Of a stretch of DNA of 64,000 nucleotides, positions 37,888-50,597 are shown piece after piece. This DNA comes from Eledone cirrhosa (taxonomy: Eukaryota), in assembly GCA_964016885.1 (NCBI GenBank), contig OZ024743.1, forward strand, positions 262,322,001 to 262,386,000, in the 5' to 3' direction. Position 1 is the stretch's first letter, and every line of letters starts with the position of its first letter. The position numbers and the translations under genes were made by a program. Under the pieces are notes generated by a model. The model made no database searches. It saw nothing but the letters and a program-made list of their open reading frames with translations, and had not been told where the DNA came from.

Positions 37888-40800
37888 GAAAACCATCATC
37901 ATCATCATCTGGAAAACCAAATGGGGATATGCTAATAAGAATGCAGATGGAGATGCAGTGGAAGCATGGGCTGAAACAACCAGCTTGATTTGATCCACGA
38001 TGCCAAACAACTAAAGTCGGACGATGGAAAGCAGGTTACAATCCTGATATCATGTTTGTCAGTCATAACATCACCGGACTGAGCAAGAAGCTGGTACTGG
38101 AGCCACTGCCAAAAACCCAACACCGCCCATTGGCATTACAGTCAATGCTGTAATCACCCCAGCCACAGTTCCATTCCGTAGAAGATTCAACTTTGGGAAA
38201 GCGAACTGGCCTGGCTTCCAAAAGATCTTGAAAGGAAGATTGCCCACCTCCCAGTGGACCCCCAAAACTACGATACTTCACCAAGTTTGTGCACCAAGCA
38301 GCTTGGAAGAACATCCCGAGAGGCTGCCGCACTCAATACATTCCTGGACTCGATGCTCAAAGCAGCGAACTATATGAGCAATACCAACAGCTCTATGAAT
38401 CTGACCCCTTTGCTGAAAGTACCATCGAAGTAGGTGAGGGACTCATGACCTCCCTATCAGAATGTCGCCAATGGAAATGACAAAACCTGTTGGAGACAAC
38501 TGATATGATGAAAAACAGTAAAAAGGCATGCAGTCTAATCCGGAAAATCGGCAACGACCCGTCAACTCCAACACAACAGCAGTACACCATCACTGCCAAC
38601 CAAGTTGCATATCAGCTGTTGCTCAATGGGAAATCCACCACCAAACAGCCAAGATGAAAGGTGGACCGGCTTCAGTATTCCCAAACCACCGGACTGATTA
38701 AGCCGTTCTCGCTTGAAGAGCTCAATATTAGCATCATGCCCTTAAGACTGGTAAAACCATCGGCCTAGATAATATTTTCACAGAGGAGATCAAGCACTTT
38801 GGACCTCTGACACGGAAATGGATCCTTTAACTGATGAACAACTGCATGCTGACAAGAAAGATCCCAAAGATCTGGAGAAAAACCAGAATTATTGCTCTTC
38901 TCAAACTGGGTAAAGATCCAGCACATGCAAAGAGTTTCTGCCCAATCTCCCTGCTATGCCACCCGTTTAAGCTGTTTAAGCGCCTGATCCTCAACAGGTT
39001 GTCCCCAGTTGTTGAACCAGTCATCATCCCTCAACAAACTGGCAAATCCACAACAAACCAACTCCTGAATCTCACTCAGCATATTGAAGATGGGTTTCAG
39101 AAAGGACTGGTAACAGGAGCCGTCTTTGTTGATCTGTCGGCTGCATATGACACTGTGAACCATCGCCTCCTCCTGAAAAAGATCTTGGAACTGACAAAAG
39201 ACAAAAGACCTGGCACTCACAGACCTCATTGGAGCCCTCTTGAAAGACAGGCACTTCTATGTTACCCTGAACAACAAGCAAAGTCGTTGGCAACGACAAA
39301 TGAATGGCTTACCTCAAGGTAGTGTGATGGCTCCACTACTATATAACATCTACACCAATGACCAGCCAATGGACCAGAACACTGAGCGGTTCATCTACGC
39401 TGACGACCTCTGTGTTACATCCCAAGTGAGTACTTCGAAGCAGTAGAAGCAAATCTCAACTCAGCCCTGGATGAGCTACTCCTCTACTACGAGAGCAACC
39501 ACCTGCATGCAAACCCTGTGAAGACTCAAGCCTGCTCGTTTCATCTCAGGAACCAGGAAGCCAACTGACCTCTTAACATCACATGGTCAGGACCACCACT
39601 TGAGACAGCACCAATCCTGTCTACCTTGGCGTAACCCTGGACCGCACCCTCTTATTCAAGGAACACATCAAAAACACTAAATTGAAAGTCAGCTCCCGGA
39701 ACAACATCCTACGGAAACTGACCAACTCCAAATGGGGAGCCACAGCACACACACACTAAGATGTACTGCCTTGGCCCTGTGCTATTCCTCTGTGGAGTAC
39801 GCGTGTCCTGTTTGGGAGAGATCAACCCATGCCAGTAAACTAGACCCAGCGTTGAACAACACCTGCCGTTTGATCACTGGTTGCCTGAAGCCTACCAACC
39901 CGAACAACCTGCATCTCCTCGGTGGTATTGCCTCTGCAGATGTGAGACGGGAAGCTGCCAGCCGAGTAGAGATCACAAAGGCTATCAGTGAGAAGCTTCC
40001 TCAGCCATGTCCAGCCCCTAACAACATCTCAGGAAGAAACTAGACTACAGCTATGGACTAGAAACCTAGAGAAGGACTCCCCTCCTATTGACATGGGAAT
40101 CCCCCTTCTGAAGCCCTCCCTCCTGGTTCAGAAGCACCATGGGTCCAGTGGAAGACACTCAACCGCCTGAGAACAGGAATGGGGTGATCAAAAGCTGCTA
40201 TGGCTAGATGGGGCTACAAGACTGGCCCAACCATCTGCAAATGCAGAGAGGACCATACGATGCAGCACTGGCTTGCTTGCCCTCTACTACCCAACCAGTG
40301 CAGCTTAAAAGATCTCGCAGAATTTAATAATAATGCAAAGGACTGTGTAAAGAAATGGGAAACTGTCATATAACCACATGCTTTGAAGATACAAAAAGAA
40401 GATCATCATCATCATTATCATCGTTTAACGTCTATCTTCCATGCTAGCATGGGTTTAGATGGGAATTGTCCTACTTGAGGCAAGATTGGTCGGGTGACCA
40501 TGTCTTGTTCGTATAGGACTGGCTGACAGGTTTTCTATGGCTGGATGTCCTTCCTAACACCAACCACGTTTACAGTGTGGACTGGGAGGTTTTTACCGTG
40601 TTACCTACATGGCCACATTACAGCGTGCACTGTGTGTTTTTTTGTTGTGACACCTACACGACCTCATTTATTTAGGACTGGATGTTGTGGTACCAATATA
40701 ACTTTACAGAGAAAGGGGTGGTATTGATGGGGGTGGAGGTGGGGGAGTTGGGGTAGTGAGATGGGGGTGTATATTTGATTAAGAGGTGCCTACTGACTGT

Positions 40801-41869
40801 AGGTTTCGCTGTATTATATGTATTATATATATATATAATACAGCGCAACATTATATCCTAATGGATAGTAGCATGGACACTGCTGATAATATTCGTCATG
40901 ATGTGGTAGCTAAGAACAATGTAACTATACATCAAAATTTATTTATGTATATAGGAATATGTATGTATGTATATCTTGTATATATGTCTATATATATGTA
41001 CATGTGTATATATGGGTATATATGTATATATGTTTGTATATGTGTGTGTGTATTTATGTTCCACCCTTGCAAGCAGGGAAAAGCGGACGTAAAATGATGA
41101 TGATACATATATACATATATATATATATGTGTATTATTTGTAAGTAGGTGTGTGCACATATATGCGTATGTGCATGTGTATATTGAATATTTATCTGTGT
41201 ATATATGTATATGATTGCATGCATGTATGTTATATGCACATTTGCAAGAGTATATGTACGTTTATGTATACATCTGCGTGCACACATACATGTGTAAATG
41301 TACACATACATGTGTAAATGTACACATGTTTTTATACATTATATCCTTGTTTATGCATGCTTCCACACCAGCCAGCACATACTTATGTATGAGCATAAAT
41401 CTGATAAGATTATTATTACTTTTACTATCATTAATACCTTCAGTTTTTTAATTTAATCATTTTATTTTTATTAATATCATTTTCCATATATGGTAGCTGG
41501 AATTCATTTAGTTATTTTAAAAGAATATTAGTCTCCCGATAATTTCAAAGCAAAAATATGTTTTTTTTCATAAGAAATTGTTCTTCTCACTCCACATAAT
41601 GACGATATTGTGTTAAAAACATCCAATGAATTTCAGCCAAAGAAATCGGATCACTGCTACTTGTTCCTCCATGGTGCACTCAGCTAGTGGAGCGGCCATG
41701 TTTACACTGTAACAGCACCATGAAAACTGGCACAATCAAGTTCAAACGTCAATCACATGACCACAACAGTATCAAATATAAGCAATGCATGAGCAGAAGA
41801 CAGTGTAAGAAACCTATAGATATGTTGACAAAAGTGTAGATAATTTTTGACCCCGTATATATATATATG

Positions 41870-41940
<71 letters not shown>

Positions 41941-44900
41941 ATGTATGAATATACGGTTAGATGATGATCCAAGACCCACTGATGACACATTTTTCTTGAC
42001 AAGAATTCAAGAATTAGGGAAATATACCATTTAGTAGTGGTGTTATTGACCATGGTGCCTGACACTCAGCTATGATGATGGGAAAAGATGAGCTATTCCC
42101 CCCGCCCACACACACACACACATTTAGTTTAATAATCCGTGTTGGTTGATTTAAGAAATCAACAAACTGTGGTGTAATCAAGCAGAACCACTCTGTGTCT
42201 TAGTTATCCATAAAGGTATATGTTATCTGATCGAGAGTTATTATTATGGACAGTCGTTATTAAGAAATCTCGCCGAGGTTGACTTTGCCTTTCATCCTTA
42301 CGGGGTCGATAAAATAAAGTACCAGTAATGCACTGGGTAATTGCTGGCCTTGTGCCAAAAGTAGAAACAGTTATTAAGAAGAGATAGTTTTACATTTCAC
42401 ACCTTTTACATACATTTCTAATAATAATGAAAATTATTGTGTACAGTGCTCAGGTGCACTACAACTCATCAAAGGTTCATGTATAGTACACAGAATAGTG
42501 TACAAATGTCAGGAAAGTGAACAGTGTATGAGTCATGATATACACACAGACAGACACACACATGTGTGCGTGTGTATGGAGGGGAATATCAGGTATAGTG
42601 CTGGTGAATTTTGGGAAGCATGGCAGTTTTGAAGGATGCAGTGTCCCGACAACTAACAGGCATTAATTAACACACACACACACATATATATATATACAAA
42701 ATGTATATGAGTGTGTGTGTGAAATCGTTTTATTCATCAATGAATAATAGTCATTTCAAGTATAGGAATTTGGAAGTGCGGTTATTTGATAAATATCAAA
42801 CCCCAGACTGATACTTTATTTTGTCAATCCCAGGAAGGATGAAAGACATTGAAGTGGATCTGAAATCAGAATTTCAAGAACCAGATCAAATACTGGAAAG
42901 AATTTGTCCAACTCTGTCAATCTGTCCCTCTTCTCTGAAGTTTAATAATTGTTTCTACTTTTGGCACAAGGCCAGCAATCACCCAGTGTATTACTGGTAC
43001 TTTATTTTATTGACCCCGTAAGGATGAAAGGCAAAGTTAACCTCGGCGGGATTTGAACTCAGATCGTAAAGGCCCGTAACTCCATGCTGCAAAGCATGGC
43101 GTCCACAGGTGCATGTGGCCACAAACTACTTTTATATACAATTTTCATGACTAGTTAAGGAAAATTTGTAACAGAAAATGTGGACAGTCAAGGTGTTACT
43201 CCTCTCACCCAAAATCGATGGTGGTTTCTTAACCATTCATTTGTGACTGGATTACCTTTTTTTGTTTTCTTGTTTCCTTAACCCTTTCTTTACAATATTT
43301 AAATGAAAAATACTGCCCATGTTTTTCATATAATTTTGACATTAGTCAATAATTTGGAGGTATTTAGTAAAATAACTTTGTCATTATCAATCTGGTGTTT
43401 GGAACATAACTTAAATGCTCTTATATATAATTATGATGGAAGGGTTTTAGATTCTTATAAACACTTTAAAACACACAGTTTTGTATACATATAAAAATGA
43501 AAAAAAGCTCATCACGACGACTGGCCGCTGGTCTCTGTCCTTTGGGGCATTTTTGTTCATCGCTGTTTTTGACAGTATTTGGCTGTTTTAACGGCTGTTC
43601 TAACAATGAGTTTTCTCATTTTTAGATGTATTTAAATACACTCTTGCTTCATTTTGATCAGCGACAACAATGTTTTTCATTAAACAGTTTTGTATCATAG
43701 AACCATGGATGATTTCAGAATTTTTGATATAAAAAGGGTTAAATATATGTATTTTTTAAATTATATTCATTTTATATATTCTATTCATCAATTTTTTGTA
43801 ATTGAAAACTTTTTAACATGTCTTAATGTATTGTATTGTATAATTTTTTCACCTCTTCTCTTGTTTTATATAACCTTAATTTATTTATGCTCCTTTGTGT
43901 ACATTCTATTGTATGAATAAATGGACGCTAGTAAATAATTCTTATTTGGTAGAAGTATAGTGAACAAAATTCTTTACAGATTTTAGTTAGGGATCTTTAT
44001 ATTTTGAAATAATTTCACTAAAATCAACTTTGCTTTCATATTAGTGGGGGTGGTGGTAGATAAAACAAGTACCAGTTAAGCATTGGGGTTGATTTAATTA
44101 ACTTTATAACCCCACAAGTGTAATTTGACAATAGAAAAACCAGTTAAGTAAATGCACCACATTAAGCAAAGAATGATTTATGTGGGTTGTTCCAGTAAAA
44201 TTACTCACCTTTCTGTACTAATTTATTGCGATACAATTCTATATGATCTCTTGTTATTACCAAACTTTCTCGGCCTTTTTTGTCTTTGATCTCAAATCTA
44301 TCACTTCTGGATTCTATATTGTTTTCTCCTGGGAAATTAAAACAAAAAATAATAAAAAAAAAAGAACGCGAAAGAAAATGAATAAATGAATAAATATTCC
44401 AGGTATTGATTGAATTCCGTAACAGGTGTTATAATGAATTCTATAACAGACAATATAGTGAATTACATAACAGGTGATATATTGGGTTATATAGTAAATT
44501 GTATACAGGTGATATATTGAATTATATAATAGGTGATATATTGAAGTAGATAACAGATTTTATAATAAGAGTTAATGTATTCATAGCCACAAGATAATAT
44601 GAGAAAGAAAGATATGGAAGTTGAAAGATCCTTTGATGGACCAACAAAACTGCAAGAAGGAAATAAAAAGCTATAACATAAAGTACAACTGGGAGTTTCT
44701 ACAGGACAATCAGTTGAAGGTTGCTGACCTGATCTGTGGCTGGGTCAAGGTCACAATATGATGAAAGGTGGCATTATGGTGGAATAGTGCTGTAGAGAGA
44801 GCTATGAAAGCTTGGAGATAGATCAGGAAAGAGTAGACTGCAGGGTGAAACAGAATAACAACAAGTAGCTACATGAGAAACTAAGCATCAGGTATACCTG

Positions 44901-47458
44901 ACAAAGGGAGAAGCAGAAAGAAAGAGATTTGCACATGTTCTACAACATGAGGGTCAAGAGCACAGAGTATTGTTCTGGTTTGCAAAGCAGTGTTCTAGAG
45001 AGAAAGGTTTATGGAATGATAACAATACACTTTATTCTAACACTAAAAAAAAAAAGAAAGGCATGGAAGTGCTAGTATAAGAGGCTTTTAAATGTAGAGA
45101 ATGCATTGGTTAGAAAAGATCTACCACAGAGTGAGTTGCCATTAAAGTTGACAGCAGCATGATTTCCAGAGCAATTAAGGATGCAAATTCTGTAAATGCA
45201 ACAGACCTATCAGGAATAGTCACTGAAATGCTTAAGGTACTAGCTAATCATTTGCTTTTTTGACCTGGTAAATTGGAAAGGTGTCATACTCAATGACTGA
45301 TGTACCACAGTATCGGTAGAGGGTCGGACGCCATGCTTTGCACCATAAAGTTATGCTCCTTGACGGTCTGAGTTCAAATCCCGCCAAAGTTAACTTTGCC
45401 TTTCATCCTTACTGGGTCGATAAAATAAAGTACCAGTAATGCACTGGAATAATTGCTCACCTTGTGCCCAAAATAGAAACAATTATCATTAACTGCTACA
45501 AATGCAATGGTGATGCACTAGCGTTCAGCTGTTTCAGAGGCATCTAATTGCTGGACCAGGTTATGAAAGTTGCAGCTCTTAGCTGGTAGTCCAGTACCCC
45601 AATCTACTCAACCATGCCATATGCAACACTTTTATGATTGTTTCAAGCCTAGAAGCTCATCAGACCAGAGATTATTAAGTAACTGGAAGTACAAAACTCC
45701 TCCCTGGATGAGATGCTAGTCCCTCACTAAGTAAATCTCCAGCTTCTAATGGTACTCATCGAGTGGACTGGAGTAATGGGAAATTAAGTATTTTGCTGAA
45801 GGCCACATGTTGCCTGTTCAGGGTATTGAATCCATAATCATACCAACACTCTAGACTGTACAGCATTGATTGGTACTCACCTATAATTAATTGGTTCTTT
45901 ACAGCACCAGTTCTGTCTCTGGCTTCTATTGTTACATTCGCACTGGATTCTACATACAATGGCTGTTTCTGAAAATAGTGGTAATGGTAGTGAAAGGAGA
46001 CTTTCATCAATCTTTACTGTGTGTGGTGGTAGTGGTAATAGTAATCAGTATTATAGTAGTAGGGTAGAGAGGGACACAGAAAGAGAGAGGGAGAAGAATA
46101 TATATATATATATATATATATGAATTTTGTATATCTAAAGATATATGGTATGTTTAATAAATAAACATTTTGAAAGCCTCAGCTATGAATAGAAGTTTGA
46201 CAGCAGTGCTGTCGAGCGGAGTCTAGCAGAAGCGAGGGGGATAATTTTCTATGCATTTCAAACTTAAATAGTTCTCATCAATGCTTCCCTCTTCCAACTG
46301 CTGGACTTTGAAACAGGCGAAAATATAGAATTTTTTTTGCCTGTGTAAATGGTCTGATTAGCCTCATTTGCATACAAAGCTGTATAAGTTGGCTTAACTT
46401 AAAATAATGTTTCAGTTTTATTAGACTTGACAATAAAATATAATCTAATTGTTACTACAAAATCTGTGAATAACTAGAGAAATATAGAGGATTTTGTGTA
46501 TGAAAACAGAGTGGTGTTATAACTCAACGCTTAACATCCTGTGCCACATGAGACCACATTAGCAAGACAGTTTTGAACAGTAGAAAACAACAATACCATG
46601 ACTGCATCACATTAAAAATTTGCTTTAGTTTATTGCAAATTTTTGCAATGATGTTCACTAGTAAAGACACTATAAACATTTGTAAAATCATTAAAGTACA
46701 TTAAAAGTTGACCTGACCACATTCCCTTCCAAATTCTTTGAAGTTATTACACCATTTAGTATTTATTCAAGAGAAATCTATATCTGTCTAGTCATTCTAG
46801 AATGTTGTATTTATGATTCGACTTTACTTTGCTGATAAGGTCTAGTAAGACTGGAGCATATAGCTATAACATTATACATGTTTTTATAAGCTTATAACTT
46901 AAGTAACAACACCACTTCATCTCTTTCTTTCTCCCTCTCTGTTCTTATCTCCCCACTCTCTCTCAGTTCAAGGAAAAGAGTCAGAAATGTTAAATTATTT
47001 GACCCTTGCAGCAACTGAACTTATCAAACTTTTCTATGAACTCTCCTATGTAAAATAAACCAGATTATTAACAAATGTTTTCAGTAAATTGAATTAAACA
47101 CACCACATGCACGTACTATAAAATGAAAAGTGTTTATTAAATTAAAGAAATTTGTCTGTCTGGGTATGTTTGGCATCAATAACAAGCAGCAAGCATTCAC
47201 AAGTACCAAATTATAAAGTAGGTCAGTCATTTCTGGTCACAGAATGATGGGTGTGGTAATATTATTTATTTACTTATATGTGCGTGTACAAGTGGTTTGT
47301 CTTTTAAGTGTTCAAGAATTTTATGTAGGGAAATTGGGAAAGAGAAAGTGGGATATAAGTGGGTATGTTTTTTCTTCAATGGTTATATATCTATCTAGCT
47401 TTTCTTTTGGTAAATATTTAGGTCATATCATATACATATCAAATACTTGATTCATATG

Positions 47459-47516
<58 letters not shown>

Positions 47517-47769
47517 TTATTATTAGCATAGATTAAAAGTTTAAGCAAAATTTCTGCTTTTACTCTAAAGCAGGATTTTCTGGAACTGAGAAATACCCAT
47601 GGACAGAGAAATAAATATTAAAAAAAGTTACGACCTAATATTGACTTTGGAAAATAGAAAGACATAACGATAATGCATGAGGACATCCTCTTGAGATGTG
47701 ATGAAATGTTTTACTTTGAAAAAATCAGAATGCTAATTCTCTTTTTAGAATAGTCGAATATTTTCGGGT

Positions 47770-47853
<84 letters not shown>

Positions 47854-50597
47854 AGACTCAAACATACAACTAGTAGGCACTTCTTAACCACTATACCTCC
47901 CACCCACACACTCCTGCCCACACCACCCTTACACTGTGAACAAATCATATCCAGCCTACACTGTAAAGTGGTCGTATAGGTGTTATGATAAAAAGCACCC
48001 AGCCCACCTGGTAAAGTGGTTGTGTAGGTATCACGACAAAAAGCATCCAGTCCAAACTGTAAAGTGGTTGTGTAGGTGTCATGACAAAAAGCACCCAGCA
48101 CAAACTGTAAATGTGATTGGTGTTAGGAAGGGCATCCTGCCGTAGAAACCCGACCCAACTTGCCTCAACTGGGATGACCCATCTAACACATGCTAGCGTG
48201 GAAAATGGACGTTAAATGATGATAATGATGATACATATGAAGGAACACAGAATCTTGATCAGTGGTTTTAAAGCTTTTTGACATTGTTACAAACAAATAA
48301 GAAAAAAAGAAAAAAAACTACTGGTGCACTTTACATGGAATATTAAAAGAAAAGTATAATTTAAACTTGAAAGCTGGAACAAATGTGACTTTGCCAATCC
48401 ACCATCTACTAGAGCAAGGGTTTGCAACCATTTTTGCATCATCATTCACTTTTACATGGAAAATTTTCGACAACCCACCTGTATATTAAATATTCTAAAG
48501 CATACCAAAATGTTTGGTAAAAGTTTGTTATCGGTTCGTTATTCTCATTTAGCCTACTGTTTTGGTTTTTATTTTAAATATAGGTTCTTTGCATATCTTT
48601 TTTTTCAGGTAGCATATGTTGAAATACTTTCTTAATACCCAAAATCCTATATTGTCCACTGAAATTTCCAATCGCCCACTATTTTCTGTTCAACTTTTCA
48701 TTGCACACCCAACAGTTGAAATTGCTCACCCAGGTTGAGAAACCTTGTTCTAGAGCATGATCCACAGTATGGAGAATTATGTGAACAAACTATTTGTAAT
48801 GAAGGCTTATTTACATTTAGTGCAGAAAATGAGTGTGCACTGGTGATATGTAAAAGCATTAAAATACATCTTCAACTCTTGCTTGGGTAGCTGAAGTAGC
48901 TGCAACATGTTTGCAGTTTAAACACTCATAGCAAAGTACACTCTGTAAAGCAGTTGGTGTTAGGATGGGCTTCCAACTATAAAAATGATGATAAAAAAGG
49001 GTTGACAGGACTCTTCAGATATGGTATAGCAAACTCTCTAGTACTGAGGCCATAAAAATATATCCAGTTAACCTCGATGGTGATAGAAATGTCATCCAGC
49101 TGTAGAAACCATGCCAAAGAAGGGTTGAGAGCATTCTTTTATTGTGTCAAGGACACAACAACTTCTCTGTTGTTGGTGCCACAATAAAATGCATCCAGTC
49201 ATAGAAAACTTGCCACACAAAGTCAGTAATGATCCATCCAAACCTTTCTAGCAGGGAAAATGGATGCTAAATGATGATGATTATGATTATATATATAGGT
49301 TCATTGCTATTTTGTCTTTCATAACATGATTTGCTCTTACTAGCTAGATGCCCTTCCTATCACCAACCACTTTACAACATGAAATGGGTGTGTTTATCAT
49401 CTCATTAAAAGTTGTCCAGACAGAAGTGTCTTTTCTGTACTGTGTTTGTTTATTCAAAGTTACTGCTCTCTTAGACAGGTTGCCTTCACTGCAGCTTGAG
49501 GAGTTTACATCTTCCCCATGTAGATCTTCAATATTAGTTAACTATATGTAAAATTGCATACAGTTCTTGATCATTATATTGTAAAGATATGAGGGTGGTG
49601 GATTAGCAGTATCGGTAGAAGGTTGGCTGCTTATTATTGATGCCAGACATATCCAGACAGACAAATTCCTTTAATCTAATAAACACTTTGTATTTTATAG
49701 TGTGTGTGTGTGTGTGTGCATGCAAGCATGTGCATGTGTGCATGTGCATGTGTGTGTGTCTGTATGTGTTTTAATTGAATGTAGATTGGCAAGGGGTATA
49801 GGTATGGAAATAAAAGGGTGTGAAAAGATGTGTTGCATAATAAAACAAAATAAAGTTATTGGAGAAAGTTATTTAGATTTCCAAGAAATATTAATTAATA
49901 TGGCAAATGTTAATTTAGAAGTACTTATATTGACAAAGTAGTATCCTCATTACCTATATTAACTTCATTATTGATGATAAATAATTGAAATGAGAAGGAG
50001 ACTTAACCCTTTAGTATTTACATTACTCTATATATACTATTGTATTTTCATGGTAAACACTTTATCTCACATAACTATCTCATATAATATTGAATCTATG
50101 AGATTTTGATATTATTTATTTTGAGAACAATACCTTAATATCAGTATGAACAGCCATTTACGGCTGGTTTAAATGCTGAAGGGTTAAATCCTTCTAATAT
50201 AAATCCACTGAAACCACCCCTAGTTCCATGATACAAAGCTGCTTGTTTTAAAGTAGTCACATTTAATTTTATGTAAGAATGTTTTAAGTAATGTTTGAAA
50301 CACCAGCTTAATGATATAAATATTTGTTATATTACTAAAGGCCACCAAATTCTTGATTATTTTCTAAATTATTTGGAAATCCATGACAGTATTTCTCATT
50401 AGAAATATGGTAATGGCAGGGTTAAGAAAGAAATAACAAAAATAAACAGAAAATTTCCATGTGTTGCAAAGATAATAAATCTGTCATATACTTACTGGCA
50501 AAGAATCTATTTTTGATGTGTACAATGTTTTTGTAAATTCTGCTTTTCCATCCACTCTGATACCATGGTCTAAAATTCTGAGCTTCCCCATTCCACC
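26546..50597 (-). CDS. SGCD: Delta/gamma/zeta-type sarcoglycan, 5'-partial. Coding exons in window: join(50597-50496, 45968-45881, 44328-44209, 29775-29709, 28311-28188, 26725-26546)
   Basis: Exons of 102, 88, 120, 67, 124 and 180 nt with canonical AG/GT sites and compatible phases splice into one ORF: [226 protein letters not shown]. It has the family GMG.L.I...G....G..EF motif, the NVT sequon and the C-terminal CxC..G.LF..C..C cluster. An invertebrate gene is co-orthologous to SGCG/SGCD/SGCZ, so the symbol is nominal. Confidence 0.93.
26940..27297 (-). mobile_element. SINE family A copies in the last sarcoglycan intron
   Basis: Same consensus as 1436-1628; nested and partial copies. Confidence 0.8.
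28188..28311 (-). CDS. SGCD: Sarcoglycan coding exon (124 nt, phase 2-0)
   Basis: ttttcttttatag|AATTGAAGCA...TCTTCT|gtaagt; encodes [41 protein letters not shown]. Confidence 0.92.
28417..28695 (+). mobile_element. SINE family B copy
   Basis: Homologous to 22848-23110. Confidence 0.8.
29709..29775 (-). CDS. SGCD: Sarcoglycan coding exon (67 nt, phase 1-2)
   Basis: ttctttcaaattcag|GCAACACAG...CCTTTACT|gtaag; encodes (G)[21 protein letters not shown](L), with the family F..S.ETP motif. Confidence 0.92.
30760..34509 (+). mobile_element. Near full-length RTE-clade LINE (APE endonuclease, RT, PHD finger); one frameshift near 31700
   Basis: ORF 30883-31704 has [16 protein letters not shown] and [12 protein letters not shown] 31734-34115 has [32 protein letters not shown], a C4HC3 finger and RRLRWYGHV. 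3'UTR ends in (gat)n. 5' boundary uncertain. Confidence 0.95.
35867..36150. mobile_element. hAT-type non-autonomous element
   Basis: Ends tagggatctcaaac / gtttgagacccttg; imperfect 8-bp flanks (ttttaaac / gtttaagc); interior similar to 63120-63351. Confidence 0.65.
36355..36565. repeat. Imperfect ~200-bp palindrome (MITE-like)
   Basis: aatcactataaataatagttgagaaaa..ccctggagaagggaaaag pairs with cttttctcttctccaggg..ttttctcaactactatttatagtgat. Confidence 0.8.
36597..37056 (+). mobile_element. RTE 3' fragment, same subfamily as 3879-4743
   Basis: Closely similar to 4278-4743 but with stop codons. Confidence 0.88.
37625..37909. repeat. (CA)/(TA)/(CAT) compound microsatellite
   Basis: Directly visible. 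Confidence 0.95.
37910..40402 (+). mobile_element. Decayed Vingi/Ingi-like LINE, 5'-truncated
   Basis: [76 protein letters not shown]-terminal LNRLRTG..C.C..H..C; many stops and frameshifts; (cat)n on both sides. Confidence 0.8.
40403..40805 (-). mobile_element. RTE 3'UTR copy
   Basis: Reverse-complement homolog of 34125-34505. Confidence 0.85.
41570..41856 (-). mobile_element. Mariner transposon 5' fragment
   Basis: TA + cggggtcaaaaatt terminus; minus-strand [23 protein letters not shown] resembles a mariner transposase N-terminus. Confidence 0.55.
42421..42660 (-). mobile_element. CR1 3' end fragment
   Basis: Homologous to 1644-1870. Confidence 0.8.
42944..43105 (-). mobile_element. SINE family A copy
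   Basis: Matches the family A consensus. Confidence 0.85.
43486..43630. mobile_element. Small MITE
   Basis: TIRs tacatataaaaatgaaaaaaagctcat / atgagttttctcatttttagatgta. Confidence 0.6.
44209..44328 (-). CDS. SGCD: Sarcoglycan coding exon (120 nt, phase 1-1)
   Basis: tttcccag|GAGAAAAC...CAGAAAG|gtgagt; encodes (G)[39 protein letters not shown](G). Confidence 0.9.
44400..44560. repeat. Degenerate ~21-bp minisatellite
   Basis: Repeated ataacaggtgatatattgaatt-like units. Confidence 0.65.
44640..45575 (+). mobile_element. Highly decayed RTE fragment interrupted by a SINE A (45305-45487)
   Basis: Residual WEFL..ADLICGW..WWNS and [21 protein letters not shown], similar to the 31970-32730 region. 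Confidence 0.7.
45881..45968 (-). CDS. SGCD: Sarcoglycan coding exon (88 nt, phase 0-1)
   Basis: ttttcag|AAACAGCCA...ATTATAG|gtgagt; encodes [29 protein letters not shown](G), including the NVT glycosylation sequon. Confidence 0.93.
47870..48232 (+). mobile_element. RTE 3'UTR fragment with four 47-bp units
   Basis: Same tail motifs and a (gat)-rich end. Confidence 0.75.
48415..48747. mobile_element. hAT-type MITE
   Basis: TIRs caagggtttgcaacc / ggttgagaaaccttg; 8-bp TSD tactagag / ttctagag (7 of 8 match). Confidence 0.75.
50007..50183. mobile_element. piggyBac-type MITE
   Basis: TTAA|ccctttagtattta ... aaatgctgaaggg|TTAA; decayed relative near 21920-22120; a second TTAA-bounded element appears to abut it (50188-50420). 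Confidence 0.75.
50496..50597 (-). CDS. SGCD: Sarcoglycan coding exon (102 nt, phase 0-0)
   Basis: ttttttttcag|GGTGGAATG...TTGCCA|gtaag; encodes [34 protein letters not shown]. Confidence 0.92.
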
